Origin: an uncultured Oscillospiraceae bacterium
Lineage (GTDB): Bacteria; Bacillota; Clostridia; Oscillospirales; Acutalibacteraceae
Length of the DNA: 64,000 nt
Assembly: GCA_900553255.1 (NCBI GenBank)
Contig: USCI01000001.1
Coordinates: 12,371 to 76,370, forward strand
Reading direction: 5' to 3'
The notes under the pieces are model-generated. The model worked only from the letters and a program-made list of their open reading frames with translations. It was not told where the DNA came from and searched no databases. The translations under genes and the position numbers were made by a program. Shown piece after piece: positions 53,684 through 62,316 of this stretch. Numbering within the stretch: the stretch's first letter is position 1; each line of letters starts with the position of its first letter.

Positions 53684-55287
53684 AAACCATGAAAGCACGT
53701 CTTCTCGCCCTGGCCGCCTGCGCGGCGATGACCATCGGCCTGGCTGCCGGCTGCAGCCCCTCGGACCCCGCCGGCTCCGGCGGTGCCGTGGACACCGAAA
53801 ATCCCGACCTGGCCGCCTTCCCTGTTTCGGAGGAAACCATCAATCTCAAGGTGGTGCTCAAGACCAACCCGGTCAACGGCGACATCGAGAGCATGTGGTT
53901 CTGGGAAGAAATGGAAAGGCTGAGCAATATCCATTTCGAGGTGCAGGCGATCGACATGGCTACCTTCCACGACCGCAAGGCACTGATGATCATGTCCGAA
54001 CAGCTGCCGGATATGTTTCTGGGCTATGCCGAATTTGATTCCGGCGAGGTGCTCAAATACGGCAACGAGGGCGTGTTTATCGACCTGCAGGATTATGTGG
54101 CCGATATGCCGAACCTGCAGAAGGTACTGGCTACCGGCGGAAACAACACCCTGAAAACGGTGACCGCGCCGAGCGGGCAGATTTATTCGCTGCCCTGCTT
54201 CAACACCCGCGGCAATCCCGACACCGGCACCCGCGCCTTTATCAATACCCAGTGGCTGGAAAATCTGGGACTGGAGATGCCCACCACCCTGTCCGAGCTG
54301 CACGACGTACTGGTCGCTTTCCGCGACCGCGACCCGGACGGTGACGGCGTCAACAACACCATCCCCTTCTCCGCAGTGGGCTGGAACTTCGTCGAGCTGT
54401 TCAAGCATGCCTACGGCTATGTTTCCGACTTTGATGTCAAGGACGGCAAGATTTCCTATTTCCCGCTGACGCCGGAATATGTGGACTACTATGATACCCT
54501 CAACCGCTTCTACACCGAAAACCTGATCGACCACGAATTCTACACCCAGTCGGACGATCAGTTCAAGGCCAAGGCGCAGGCAATGAAGGTTGGTATGTTC
54601 GTCTATTCCTCGATCGATATCGCGGTGGGCGATGACGAGGAGAAATGGTCCCAGTATGAGGCGTTCATGCCGGTCAAGGCGGACGAGAATACCGAAGCCA
54701 CCTGGAGCCTGCTCGACGGTGTCTATCCCCACGCCGCAATCCTTACCAAGGCCAACCAGCATGTGGAGGAATCGCTCAAATTCCTGGATTTCCTGTACAC
54801 CGACACCGGCACCACCATGCTGCGCAACGGCCCGGAAAAAGGCAAATGGTCGGGTGAAGGCGGCTGGTACTACAACGAAAACGGCGAAGTGGAAATTGAA
54901 CCGTCGCCGGAGTTCACCAACTCCTGGGAATACATCAACGCTGTGACGCCCGCCATCAACATCCTGCCCTGCTGGATGCCGTCTGCCACGATGGAAAAGG
55001 GCAAGGGTACCCCGAAGGACGATTATCTCACCGAGCAGCTGGCACGGTATGAGGACGTGGGCCGCTATATCCTGCCGGAGGTCATGTACACCGAAGAAGA
55101 GGCCGCCCGCATCAACGAAATCTGGCCGTATCTGGAGGCATATGTCGGCGGCCAGGTAGGCAACCTGATTATCGGTGTCAAGGCGGTGGAGGAAATCCCC
55201 GCCATGCAGGAGCAGATGCGCAAAATCGGTGCGGAGGAGCTTCTTCAGATCCGGCAGGCGGCCTACGACCGCTACCTGAACAGCTGA
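53680..55287 (+). CDS. extracellular solute-binding lipoprotein (LplA-type, family 1)
   Basis: ATGA overlap with the previous gene. Lipobox 'LAAGCS'. About 510-aa SBP body typical of LplA-like oligosaccharide binders. Confidence 0.85.
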   Translation: MKTMKARLLALAACAAMTIGLAAGCSPSDPAGSGGAVDTENPDLAAFPVSEETINLKVVLKTNPVNGDIESMWFWEEMERLSNIHFEVQAIDMATFHDRKALMIMSEQLPDMFLGYAEFDSGEVLKYGNEGVFIDLQDYVADMPNLQKVLATGGNNTLKTVTAPSGQIYSLPCFNTRGNPDTGTRAFINTQWLENLGLEMPTTLSELHDVLVAFRDRDPDGDGVNNTIPFSAVGWNFVELFKHAYGYVSDFDVKDGKISYFPLTPEYVDYYDTLNRFYTENLIDHEFYTQSDDQFKAKAQAMKVGMFVYSSIDIAVGDDEEKWSQYEAFMPVKADENTEATWSLLDGVYPHAAILTKANQHVEESLKFLDFLYTDTGTTMLRNGPEKGKWSGEGGWYYNENGEVEIEPSPEFTNSWEYINAVTPAINILPCWMPSATMEKGKGTPKDDYLTEQLARYEDVGRYILPEVMYTEEEAARINEIWPYLEAYVGGQVGNLIIGVKAVEEIPAMQEQMRKIGAEELLQIRQAAYDRYLNS

Positions 55288-55355
55288 TAGCCGCACGGAA
55301 ACCACCCCAGGCAGCGGGGCAAAAGAAACCCCCACAGCCCGCAAGTGTTTTTCAA

Positions 55356-55392
55356 GGAGCTGCTGCAAAAGGAAACCTTTTGCAGCAGCTCC
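55356..55392 (+). other. perfect 17-bp intercistronic stem-loop between the two SBP genes
   Basis: GGAGCTGCTGCAAAAGG-aaa-CCTTTTGCAGCAGCTCC with no U-tract after it. Confidence 0.7.
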
Positions 55393-55418
55393 GTCGGCAC
55401 GAGAGGATGATCTACATA

Positions 55419-58340
55419 ATGAGAGCACCGAGGAACAGGCTAAGAAAAGCCATTGCCCTGCTGGCAGCGGCGCTGACGGCTGTTTCACTGTCCGCCGGGT
55501 ATACTGCGCTCGCCGGTGCCGGCGGCAAGCCGCTCCGGGAAGAGTTTATTTCCGGGGATGAGGGGGAGTCGGTCGATTTCGTCAACCAGCTTGAGCAGCC
55601 GTACTACCGCACCGTGCGGGAGGAGTACACCGCTAAGGGCTATACCCCCGCTGAAGCGGAGGATATCGTACTGCCGCCTTCGCACCTTTCGGAAACGCTC
55701 ACGGAACAGCTGGGAGAAACCGCCTTTCACTGGACCGGGGAGGACGAAGAGGTCAGCTGGACCTTCACCATCGAGCAGGCGGGGCTGTATGAAATCCGCC
55801 TCGACTACCTCGTGGCAGAGGGCGGGGTCAATCCCGCGCGGCGTTCGATCACTGTTGATGGTGAGACCCCCTTCTTTGAATGCAGCGGCTTGTATTTCTA
55901 CCGGCTGTGGGAGGATGACGGCGAGCCGATTGTCAACAGCCTCGGCGACGAAATCAAACCGCGTCAAAAGGAGGTCCGCCGCTGGCAGTCGGTTTCTCTG
56001 GAGGACGGGCACGGGTTTTACGCTGAACCGTTCGCCTTCTACTTCACCCCCGGCGAGCACACCCTGACGATGGCCTACGTCGAGGAGGATATGTATATCG
56101 GGGATTTGACCGTCACGCCTCAGCGGGTAATTCCCCCGTACAGCGAAGTGGCGGCAGAATACGAGGCAAAGGGCTACCAGCCCGCGGCTGCCGCGGACGG
56201 CGGAATATTCCAGGCAGAGCTGACCGCCGTGGAAAAGTCCGATCAGACCCTGCGCCGGGAGAGCGACACCGATCCGGCCACGCAGCCGTCCAGTCCGTCC
56301 GAACGCCGGCTCAACATGATGGGCGGAGTCGGCTGGGCCAAGGGCAATCAAACCATCACATGGTCCTTTGAGGTGAAGCAGGACGGGTTGTATACCCTGT
56401 CGCTGCGGTATGGGCAGATCTGGCTCAACGGCCTGCCCTCCTACCGCCGCATCGCCATCGACGGTGAGGTGCCGTTCGCCGAGCTGCTCGATTACCGTTT
56501 CGATTACGGCTCCGGCTGGCAGGCCGAAACCCTCAGCGACAGTGAAGGGAATCCTTTTCAGTTTTACCTCACCGCCGGGAAGCACACCCTGTCGATGACC
56601 GTAAAATTCGGAGAGATCACCGAAGTGGTGCAATCGCTCAATGAGGACTCCATCCGGATGTCCAACATCATGCTGGATCTGCTGCGCATCACCGGCAATG
56701 ATCCGGATCCGAATTACGATTACGAATTTTTCACCGCGATCCCGGGCCTCGAGGATACGCTGCGGCAACTGTCCGCGAGCCTGGACGAAAAATACCAGCA
56801 GCTTGTGGATATCTGCGGCGGGGACGTGCCCGGCTTTGCCAACTCCCTGAAGGCCACCCGCATCCAGATCGACGAGCTGATCGAGGATCCTTTCCTCATC
56901 GCCCGGCGCATGGACGATCTGACCACCATTCAGTCGAATCTGGGCAGCTGGTATATGGAGTTCCAGACCCAGCCGATTATGATCGACTATTTTGAGGTCG
57001 GCAGCGCCGACACCCCCTTTGTCATGCGCAAATCCAACATACTGGAAAAGATCCAATACATGATGATCAGCCTGGCGGTATCCTTCGTTAAGGATTACGA
57101 CTCGGTCGGCTCGGTAGCCGACAACAGCGCCGTGATTACCGACAACATCACCGTCTGGATTGCACGCGGCAACGAGTGGGCCAGCCTGATCAAGGAGCTG
57201 GCCGACCAGCAGTTCACCCCCGCCACCGGCATCAACGTCAACATCAACATCATGCCGGCTTCCCAGCTCAATGCCGGTGCGGTCAACGCGCTGATGCTGT
57301 CGATCACCTCCGGCAAAGCGCCGGACGCAGCGATGGGCGTGGATCCCGGCTCCCCGGTGGAATTCGCCATCCGCGATGCCGTGGTGGATCTGTCGTCCCT
57401 GCCGGGGTTTGACGAAACGGTCGCTCCCCGGTTCATCGAACAATGCCTGGTGCCGTTTACCTACCGCGGTGGGATTTACGCGCTGCCCGAAACGATGGAT
57501 TTCCGGGTGCTGATCTACCGCAAGGATATTGTTGCCAAGCTGGGACTGACCCTGCCGGATACCCGGCAGGATCTGTACGACACCGTGCTGCCGGCGCTGT
57601 ATCAAAACGGCATGAATTTTTACTACCCCCGTGACGATTCCCAGTTTGTCTACCAGCACGGTGCCGCTTTCTACACGGAGGACGGCCTGCGTTCCGGGCT
57701 GGACACCCCCGAGGCATACCAGGCCTTCAAGGAATCCACCGAGCTGTACACCAACTACGGCATCCCGGTGACCGCCAACTTCTACAACCGCTTCCGCAGC
57801 GGCGAGATGCCGATGGGCATCGGCTCATTCACCGATTATATCCAGATCAGCGTGGCCGCCCCGGAGCTGTCCGGCAAATGGGGAATCGCTCCGCTGCCCG
57901 GCATTGAGCGGGAAGACGGCAGCGTGGACCGCTCGGTCGGCAGCATCACCGGCCAGTGCAGCCTGATCATGAGCCAGACCGACAAGGTCGATGCGGCATG
58001 GCAGTTCCTGCAGTGGTGGACCGAGGCACAGACCCAGACCGATTTCGGCCGGGAGATCGAGGCGCTGCTGGGCAGCTCCGCCCGCTGGAATTCGGCAAAT
58101 GTGGAGGCGTTCTGCAACATGCCCTGGCCGCAGGAGGACCTCGCGGTCATTCAGGAGATGTGGCCGTTCTACCGGGAGGTACCGGTGGTGCTGGGCGGCT
58201 ATTTCACCGGCCGGCATCTCAACAACGCCTGGAACAATGTCGTCATCGGCGGCGAACCGCTGCGGGACAGCTTGGAAGAGGCGGTCAAGGAAATCAACCG
58301 CGAGCTTTCGATGAAGCAGCGCGAATACGGCGTGACCTGA
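55419..58340 (+). CDS. large extracellular protein: two tandem CBM-like beta-sandwich repeats fused to an ABC solute-binding domain
   Basis: Signal/anchor 'AIALLAAALTAVSL'. Internal repeat 'VSWTFTIEQAGLYEIRLDY..RRSITVDGETPF..FTPGEHTLTM' versus 'ITWSFEVKQDGLYTLSLRY..YRRIAIDGEVPF..LTAGKHTLSM'. The C-terminal ~430 aa are SBP-like. Confidence 0.75.
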   Translation: MRAPRNRLRKAIALLAAALTAVSLSAGYTALAGAGGKPLREEFISGDEGESVDFVNQLEQPYYRTVREEYTAKGYTPAEAEDIVLPPSHLSETLTEQLGETAFHWTGEDEEVSWTFTIEQAGLYEIRLDYLVAEGGVNPARRSITVDGETPFFECSGLYFYRLWEDDGEPIVNSLGDEIKPRQKEVRRWQSVSLEDGHGFYAEPFAFYFTPGEHTLTMAYVEEDMYIGDLTVTPQRVIPPYSEVAAEYEAKGYQPAAAADGGIFQAELTAVEKSDQTLRRESDTDPATQPSSPSERRLNMMGGVGWAKGNQTITWSFEVKQDGLYTLSLRYGQIWLNGLPSYRRIAIDGEVPFAELLDYRFDYGSGWQAETLSDSEGNPFQFYLTAGKHTLSMTVKFGEITEVVQSLNEDSIRMSNIMLDLLRITGNDPDPNYDYEFFTAIPGLEDTLRQLSASLDEKYQQLVDICGGDVPGFANSLKATRIQIDELIEDPFLIARRMDDLTTIQSNLGSWYMEFQTQPIMIDYFEVGSADTPFVMRKSNILEKIQYMMISLAVSFVKDYDSVGSVADNSAVITDNITVWIARGNEWASLIKELADQQFTPATGINVNINIMPASQLNAGAVNALMLSITSGKAPDAAMGVDPGSPVEFAIRDAVVDLSSLPGFDETVAPRFIEQCLVPFTYRGGIYALPETMDFRVLIYRKDIVAKLGLTLPDTRQDLYDTVLPALYQNGMNFYYPRDDSQFVYQHGAAFYTEDGLRSGLDTPEAYQAFKESTELYTNYGIPVTANFYNRFRSGEMPMGIGSFTDYIQISVAAPELSGKWGIAPLPGIEREDGSVDRSVGSITGQCSLIMSQTDKVDAAWQFLQWWTEAQTQTDFGREIEALLGSSARWNSANVEAFCNMPWPQEDLAVIQEMWPFYREVPVVLGGYFTGRHLNNAWNNVVIGGEPLRDSLEEAVKEINRELSMKQREYGVT

Positions 58341-58353
58341 AGGAGGAACGGAT

Positions 58354-59250
58354 GTGAAGGCAATCACCAAAAAACGCTTTATGCGTGAATATCGCTACGG
58401 CTATATCTTTTTGGCGCCGTTTCTGATCCTCTTTTTTGTGTTTATGGTCATACCGATATTCGTCGCCTTTTTTCTGAGCTTCACCAACTATAACATGCTC
58501 CAGTCGCCGGTATTCACCGGCATTGAGAACTATAAGATGCTGCTGCTCGACGACAAGGTGTTTCTCACCGCGCTCAAAAACACCCTGATCTTTGCGCTGA
58601 TTACCGGGCCGGTGGGGTATTTCTGCTCCTTTATCTTCGCCTGGGTAATCAACGAGCTGCGCTTCCGCACCGTGTTCGCGCTGGCGTTTTATGCGCCCTC
58701 GATCACCAACGGCATCGCCATGTCGGTCATCTGGCTGTATTTCTTCTCCGGAGACCGCTACGGCATGATCAACAACGTCCTGATTAACATCGGTATCATC
58801 AGCGAACCAATCCAGTGGACCATGGACGCCAACTACATTCTCGGTGTGGTTATCTTCATCTCGATATGGATGAGCATGGGCACCGGCTTCCTGGTTTTCC
58901 TGGCCGGATTCCAGAATATCAACAAGGAATACTACGAGGCCGGAGCCATCGACGGCATCCGCAACAAGACCCAGGAGCTCCGCCTGCTGACCCTGCCCAT
59001 GATGAAGCCGCAGCTGCTATTCGGCGCGATCAACGCGCTGGTCAACTCATTCGGGGTGTTCGACGTCGCGGTGTCGGTAGCCGGCATGCCAAGCCCCAAC
59101 TATGCTGCGCACACCATTGTGGCGCATCTGTACGATTACGCATTCATCCGCTTCCAGATGGGATATGCCTCGGCGGTTGCCATGGTGTTGTTCCTGATCA
59201 CCTTTGTGATCGGCCGCGGATTCATGAAGCTGCTGAGCAGCGACGACTGA
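58354..59250 (+). CDS. sugar ABC transporter permease (LplB/MalF-like)
   Basis: AGGAGG 7 nt before GTG 58354. EAA loop 'YYEAGAIDGIRNKTQELRLLTLPMMKP'. Confidence 0.9.
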   Translation: MKAITKKRFMREYRYGYIFLAPFLILFFVFMVIPIFVAFFLSFTNYNMLQSPVFTGIENYKMLLLDDKVFLTALKNTLIFALITGPVGYFCSFIFAWVINELRFRTVFALAFYAPSITNGIAMSVIWLYFFSGDRYGMINNVLINIGIISEPIQWTMDANYILGVVIFISIWMSMGTGFLVFLAGFQNINKEYYEAGAIDGIRNKTQELRLLTLPMMKPQLLFGAINALVNSFGVFDVAVSVAGMPSPNYAAHTIVAHLYDYAFIRFQMGYASAVAMVLFLITFVIGRGFMKLLSSDD

Positions 59251-59254
59251 GGAG

Positions 59255-60172
59255 GTGGTACGGTTGGCTGAGCTTCAACGGGCAAAACGGATACGCACAC
59301 ATGCGCCGCTTCGCCGGCGCGTACATAAGATCCGTGCCCCCTGGGTAATCGTCTACATCCTGATGATCCTGCTGGTCTGCTTCACGGCACTGCCTCTGGT
59401 ATACATGGTAAACACCGCATTCAAGCCCATGCAGGAATTATTTGTATTCCCGCCCAACTTTTTTGTACGCAATCCCACCACCAAGAACTTTGTCGACCTG
59501 GTGGTGGTTATGGGCAGCTCGACGGTGCCGTTTATCCGCAACGTGGTCAACAGCATCATTGTTTCGGTTTCCATCGTATTTCTGACGGTGATGGTGTCCA
59601 CCACCGGCGCCTACGGCCTGGTCAAATTCCATATTCCCGGCCGCAAGCTGATTTTCAATATCGTGGTGGCCTCCCTGATGTTCTCCCCTCATGTGACCCA
59701 GATCCCCCGTTACCTGGTGGTCAACGGCCTGGGCATGATCAACCACTATTCGGCGCTGATCCTGCCGGCGGTGGCGAGCAGCTACAACTTTTTCCTGATG
59801 AAGCAGTTTGTCGAGCAGTTCCCGAACGAGCTGCTCGAAGCGGGACGCATCGACGGCTGCGGGGAATACCGCATGTTTTTCAAGCTGGTAATGCCGGCCC
59901 TCCGTCCAGCATGGTGCACGCTGGTCGTTTTCTCCTTTGTATCCAGCTGGAACGACTATTTCACCCCGCTGATCTACGTGACCAGTCAGGCAATGAAGAC
60001 GCTGCCGCTGGCGCTGCAGACCATCGCGGGCGGTGCCGCGGCACAGAGCATTTCACGCGCCGGGGCAGTAGCGGCCGCCACACTTCTGATGACCCTGCCT
60101 ACCATCGTCATTTTCACCGCCATGCAGAAAAACGTAATGGAAACGATGACCTACTCCGGCATAAAGGGGTGA
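59255..60172 (+). CDS. carbohydrate ABC transporter permease (LplC/MalG-like)
   Basis: EAA loop 'LLEAGRIDGCGEYRMFFKLVMPALRPAW'. Paralog of the gene at 2..586. The start may be TTG 59264, which has better RBS spacing. Confidence 0.9.
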   Translation: MVRLAELQRAKRIRTHAPLRRRVHKIRAPWVIVYILMILLVCFTALPLVYMVNTAFKPMQELFVFPPNFFVRNPTTKNFVDLVVVMGSSTVPFIRNVVNSIIVSVSIVFLTVMVSTTGAYGLVKFHIPGRKLIFNIVVASLMFSPHVTQIPRYLVVNGLGMINHYSALILPAVASSYNFFLMKQFVEQFPNELLEAGRIDGCGEYRMFFKLVMPALRPAWCTLVVFSFVSSWNDYFTPLIYVTSQAMKTLPLALQTIAGGAAAQSISRAGAVAAATLLMTLPTIVIFTAMQKNVMETMTYSGIKG

Positions 60173-60182
60173 CAGACGGAGC

Positions 60183-62303
60183 ATGAAAATCCAAAAAGTC
60201 CTTGCGCTCCTCCTCACGGCGGTGCTGCCTGTTATGGCGGCGCTGCCTGCCGGTGCGGCCAGCGACCAGTTCACGCTGGAGGATAACGAGCGCATCCCAA
60301 TCCCGGAGGCCTATACCCTTGAGAGAACCCTCTCCGGTTTCACGGCCGACGGGCAGCAACAGCAATTTAGCGGCATACTGGACATCTTCATAGATGAAGG
60401 CGGCACGCTGTACGTCAGCGATACCGCGAACAACCGCGTGGTCCGGCTGGATGCCGACGGCAACTGCACCGGCGTTTTCACCGGCGACGAGAAGGGCTTC
60501 AGCAATCCGGACGGCCTGTTTGTCGACGATACCGGCGATATATTCGTCGCCGATACCGGCAACAAGCGGATTGTGCATCTGGATAAAAACGGCGGGTTTA
60601 TCGAGGAATTCGGCAAGCCGGAATCCGAGCTCCTGGACGAAAACTTCGATTACCGCCCGTCCAAGATCTGCGTCAGCGATACAGGCTATATTTATGTCAT
60701 CAAAGAGCAGGCGATTATGCAGCTGGATTCCCTCAACCGGTTCCGCGGCTATATCGGCCAGCCGGAAGTTGGCTTTAGCTTCACCGATTTTCTGCTGCGC
60801 ATCTTTGCTTCCGAAAATCAAAGCCGGCTCATTGAGAAACGGCTGCCGGCAACCTATTCCAACATCCTTCTGGATCAGGAGGGCAACCTGTTCGCCGTAT
60901 CGCGGGACACCACCGACGGCGAAATCAAGCAGCTCAACTCCATCGGCAAAAACATCTACCGCGAATATGCCGAAGGCAACGTGATCACCAGCACCATAAT
61001 GAGCTTCCTGAGCCTGGAAGGGACCATGCAGTGGTTCGGCGAACGGACCGATCCGGCGGGCAATCCACGCGTCCCTACTTTCAGCGATATCGCGGTGGAC
61101 AGCAACGGCGTGGTGACGGTTCTGGATTCCGGCAACCTGCAGCTGTATCAGTACGACCCGGAGGGACAGCTGCTGTGTTCGTTCGGCGGCCAGGGGACAA
61201 GGCGCGGGAAATTCTCCTCCCCGACCTCTATCGCAGTCGGGCCGGACGGCCGCATCTATGTGGCCGACCGTACCCAGAACAACATCCAGGTATTCGCCCC
61301 CACCGCCTTCATCCAAAGTGTGCACGAGGCGGTGGCCGCCTACGCTGACGGCGACTATGAGAAAGCGTTTACCTGCTGGCAGGCGGTGCTGAGCATCGAC
61401 GAAAACTACCGCTTTGCCCACGACGGCATCGCCGATACCCTATACAAGCGCGGCCAGTACAGCGAAGCGATGGACGAATATGTCATCGCCGAAAACCGCG
61501 AGGGCTACACCAAAGCGTTCAACGAACACCGCATGGAGCTGTTCAAGCAATATTTCGTGCTGATTATCCTGTGCATCCTCGCCATCGCTGCGGCGGTATG
61601 GTTTTTCGGCCGCTGGCTGCTGCACGCCGGCAGGCGGGCACAGCACCGCTTTCTCTTCAAGGAAGAGGGCCGGAACAGGCTCGGCAACTTCCTGCTGCTG
61701 GCACCTGCCATGATGACCAGGCCCAGCGACACGGTGGAAGCCGTCAAGGAAAACCGCGGCCATAACCGGATGCTTCCGGGGATACTGGTCATACTCGCCG
61801 CACTCGCTTCACGGCTCATATACATTTTCATTGTGCATTTCCCGCTCATGGACGTCTCTCCGCAGAACGTCAACCTGGTGCTGGAGGTGCTCAAGATGGT
61901 GCTGCCGGTTGTCACCTGGGCGGTTGCCTCTTATGCGGTATCCTCCATCATGGGCGGCGAAGCGCGCTTCGACGAGGTTTTCCTGTGCGCGTCGTTCGGC
62001 ATGATCCCCTATGTGATGTTTACTCTGCCGATGGGCCTTGTCTCCAACGTACTCGCCCACGGCGAACAGCAATTTTATGCCATCGCCACCATTATTGTGT
62101 TCGTCTGGCAGATCGTGCTGATGTTCATCGGATTGATGCAACTCAACCGTTACGGCTTCTGGCAGGCGGTAGGCGTCGGCATCATCAGCCTGCTGGTCAT
62201 GCTGCTGTTCTGGGTGGTGGCTATCCTGTGTTTCGGCCTGATCGGCCAGCTTATCCGCTTTGCGGACGGTCTGATCACCGAAATCCGCCTGAATTCGCTA
62301 TAG
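60183..62303 (+). CDS. membrane protein: signal peptide + NHL-repeat propeller + TPR-like + Yip1-like multi-TM domain (paralog of 602..2710)
   Basis: 'LYVSDTANNRVVRLD', 'IFVADTGNKRIVHLD' and 'IYVADRTQNNIQVF' NHL motifs. 'YADGDYEKAFTCWQAVL'. About 6 C-terminal TM helices. Confidence 0.85.
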   Translation: MKIQKVLALLLTAVLPVMAALPAGAASDQFTLEDNERIPIPEAYTLERTLSGFTADGQQQQFSGILDIFIDEGGTLYVSDTANNRVVRLDADGNCTGVFTGDEKGFSNPDGLFVDDTGDIFVADTGNKRIVHLDKNGGFIEEFGKPESELLDENFDYRPSKICVSDTGYIYVIKEQAIMQLDSLNRFRGYIGQPEVGFSFTDFLLRIFASENQSRLIEKRLPATYSNILLDQEGNLFAVSRDTTDGEIKQLNSIGKNIYREYAEGNVITSTIMSFLSLEGTMQWFGERTDPAGNPRVPTFSDIAVDSNGVVTVLDSGNLQLYQYDPEGQLLCSFGGQGTRRGKFSSPTSIAVGPDGRIYVADRTQNNIQVFAPTAFIQSVHEAVAAYADGDYEKAFTCWQAVLSIDENYRFAHDGIADTLYKRGQYSEAMDEYVIAENREGYTKAFNEHRMELFKQYFVLIILCILAIAAAVWFFGRWLLHAGRRAQHRFLFKEEGRNRLGNFLLLAPAMMTRPSDTVEAVKENRGHNRMLPGILVILAALASRLIYIFIVHFPLMDVSPQNVNLVLEVLKMVLPVVTWAVASYAVSSIMGGEARFDEVFLCASFGMIPYVMFTLPMGLVSNVLAHGEQQFYAIATIIVFVWQIVLMFIGLMQLNRYGFWQAVGVGIISLLVMLLFWVVAILCFGLIGQLIRFADGLITEIRLNSL

Positions 62304-62316
62304 GAGGGATGCGGAT

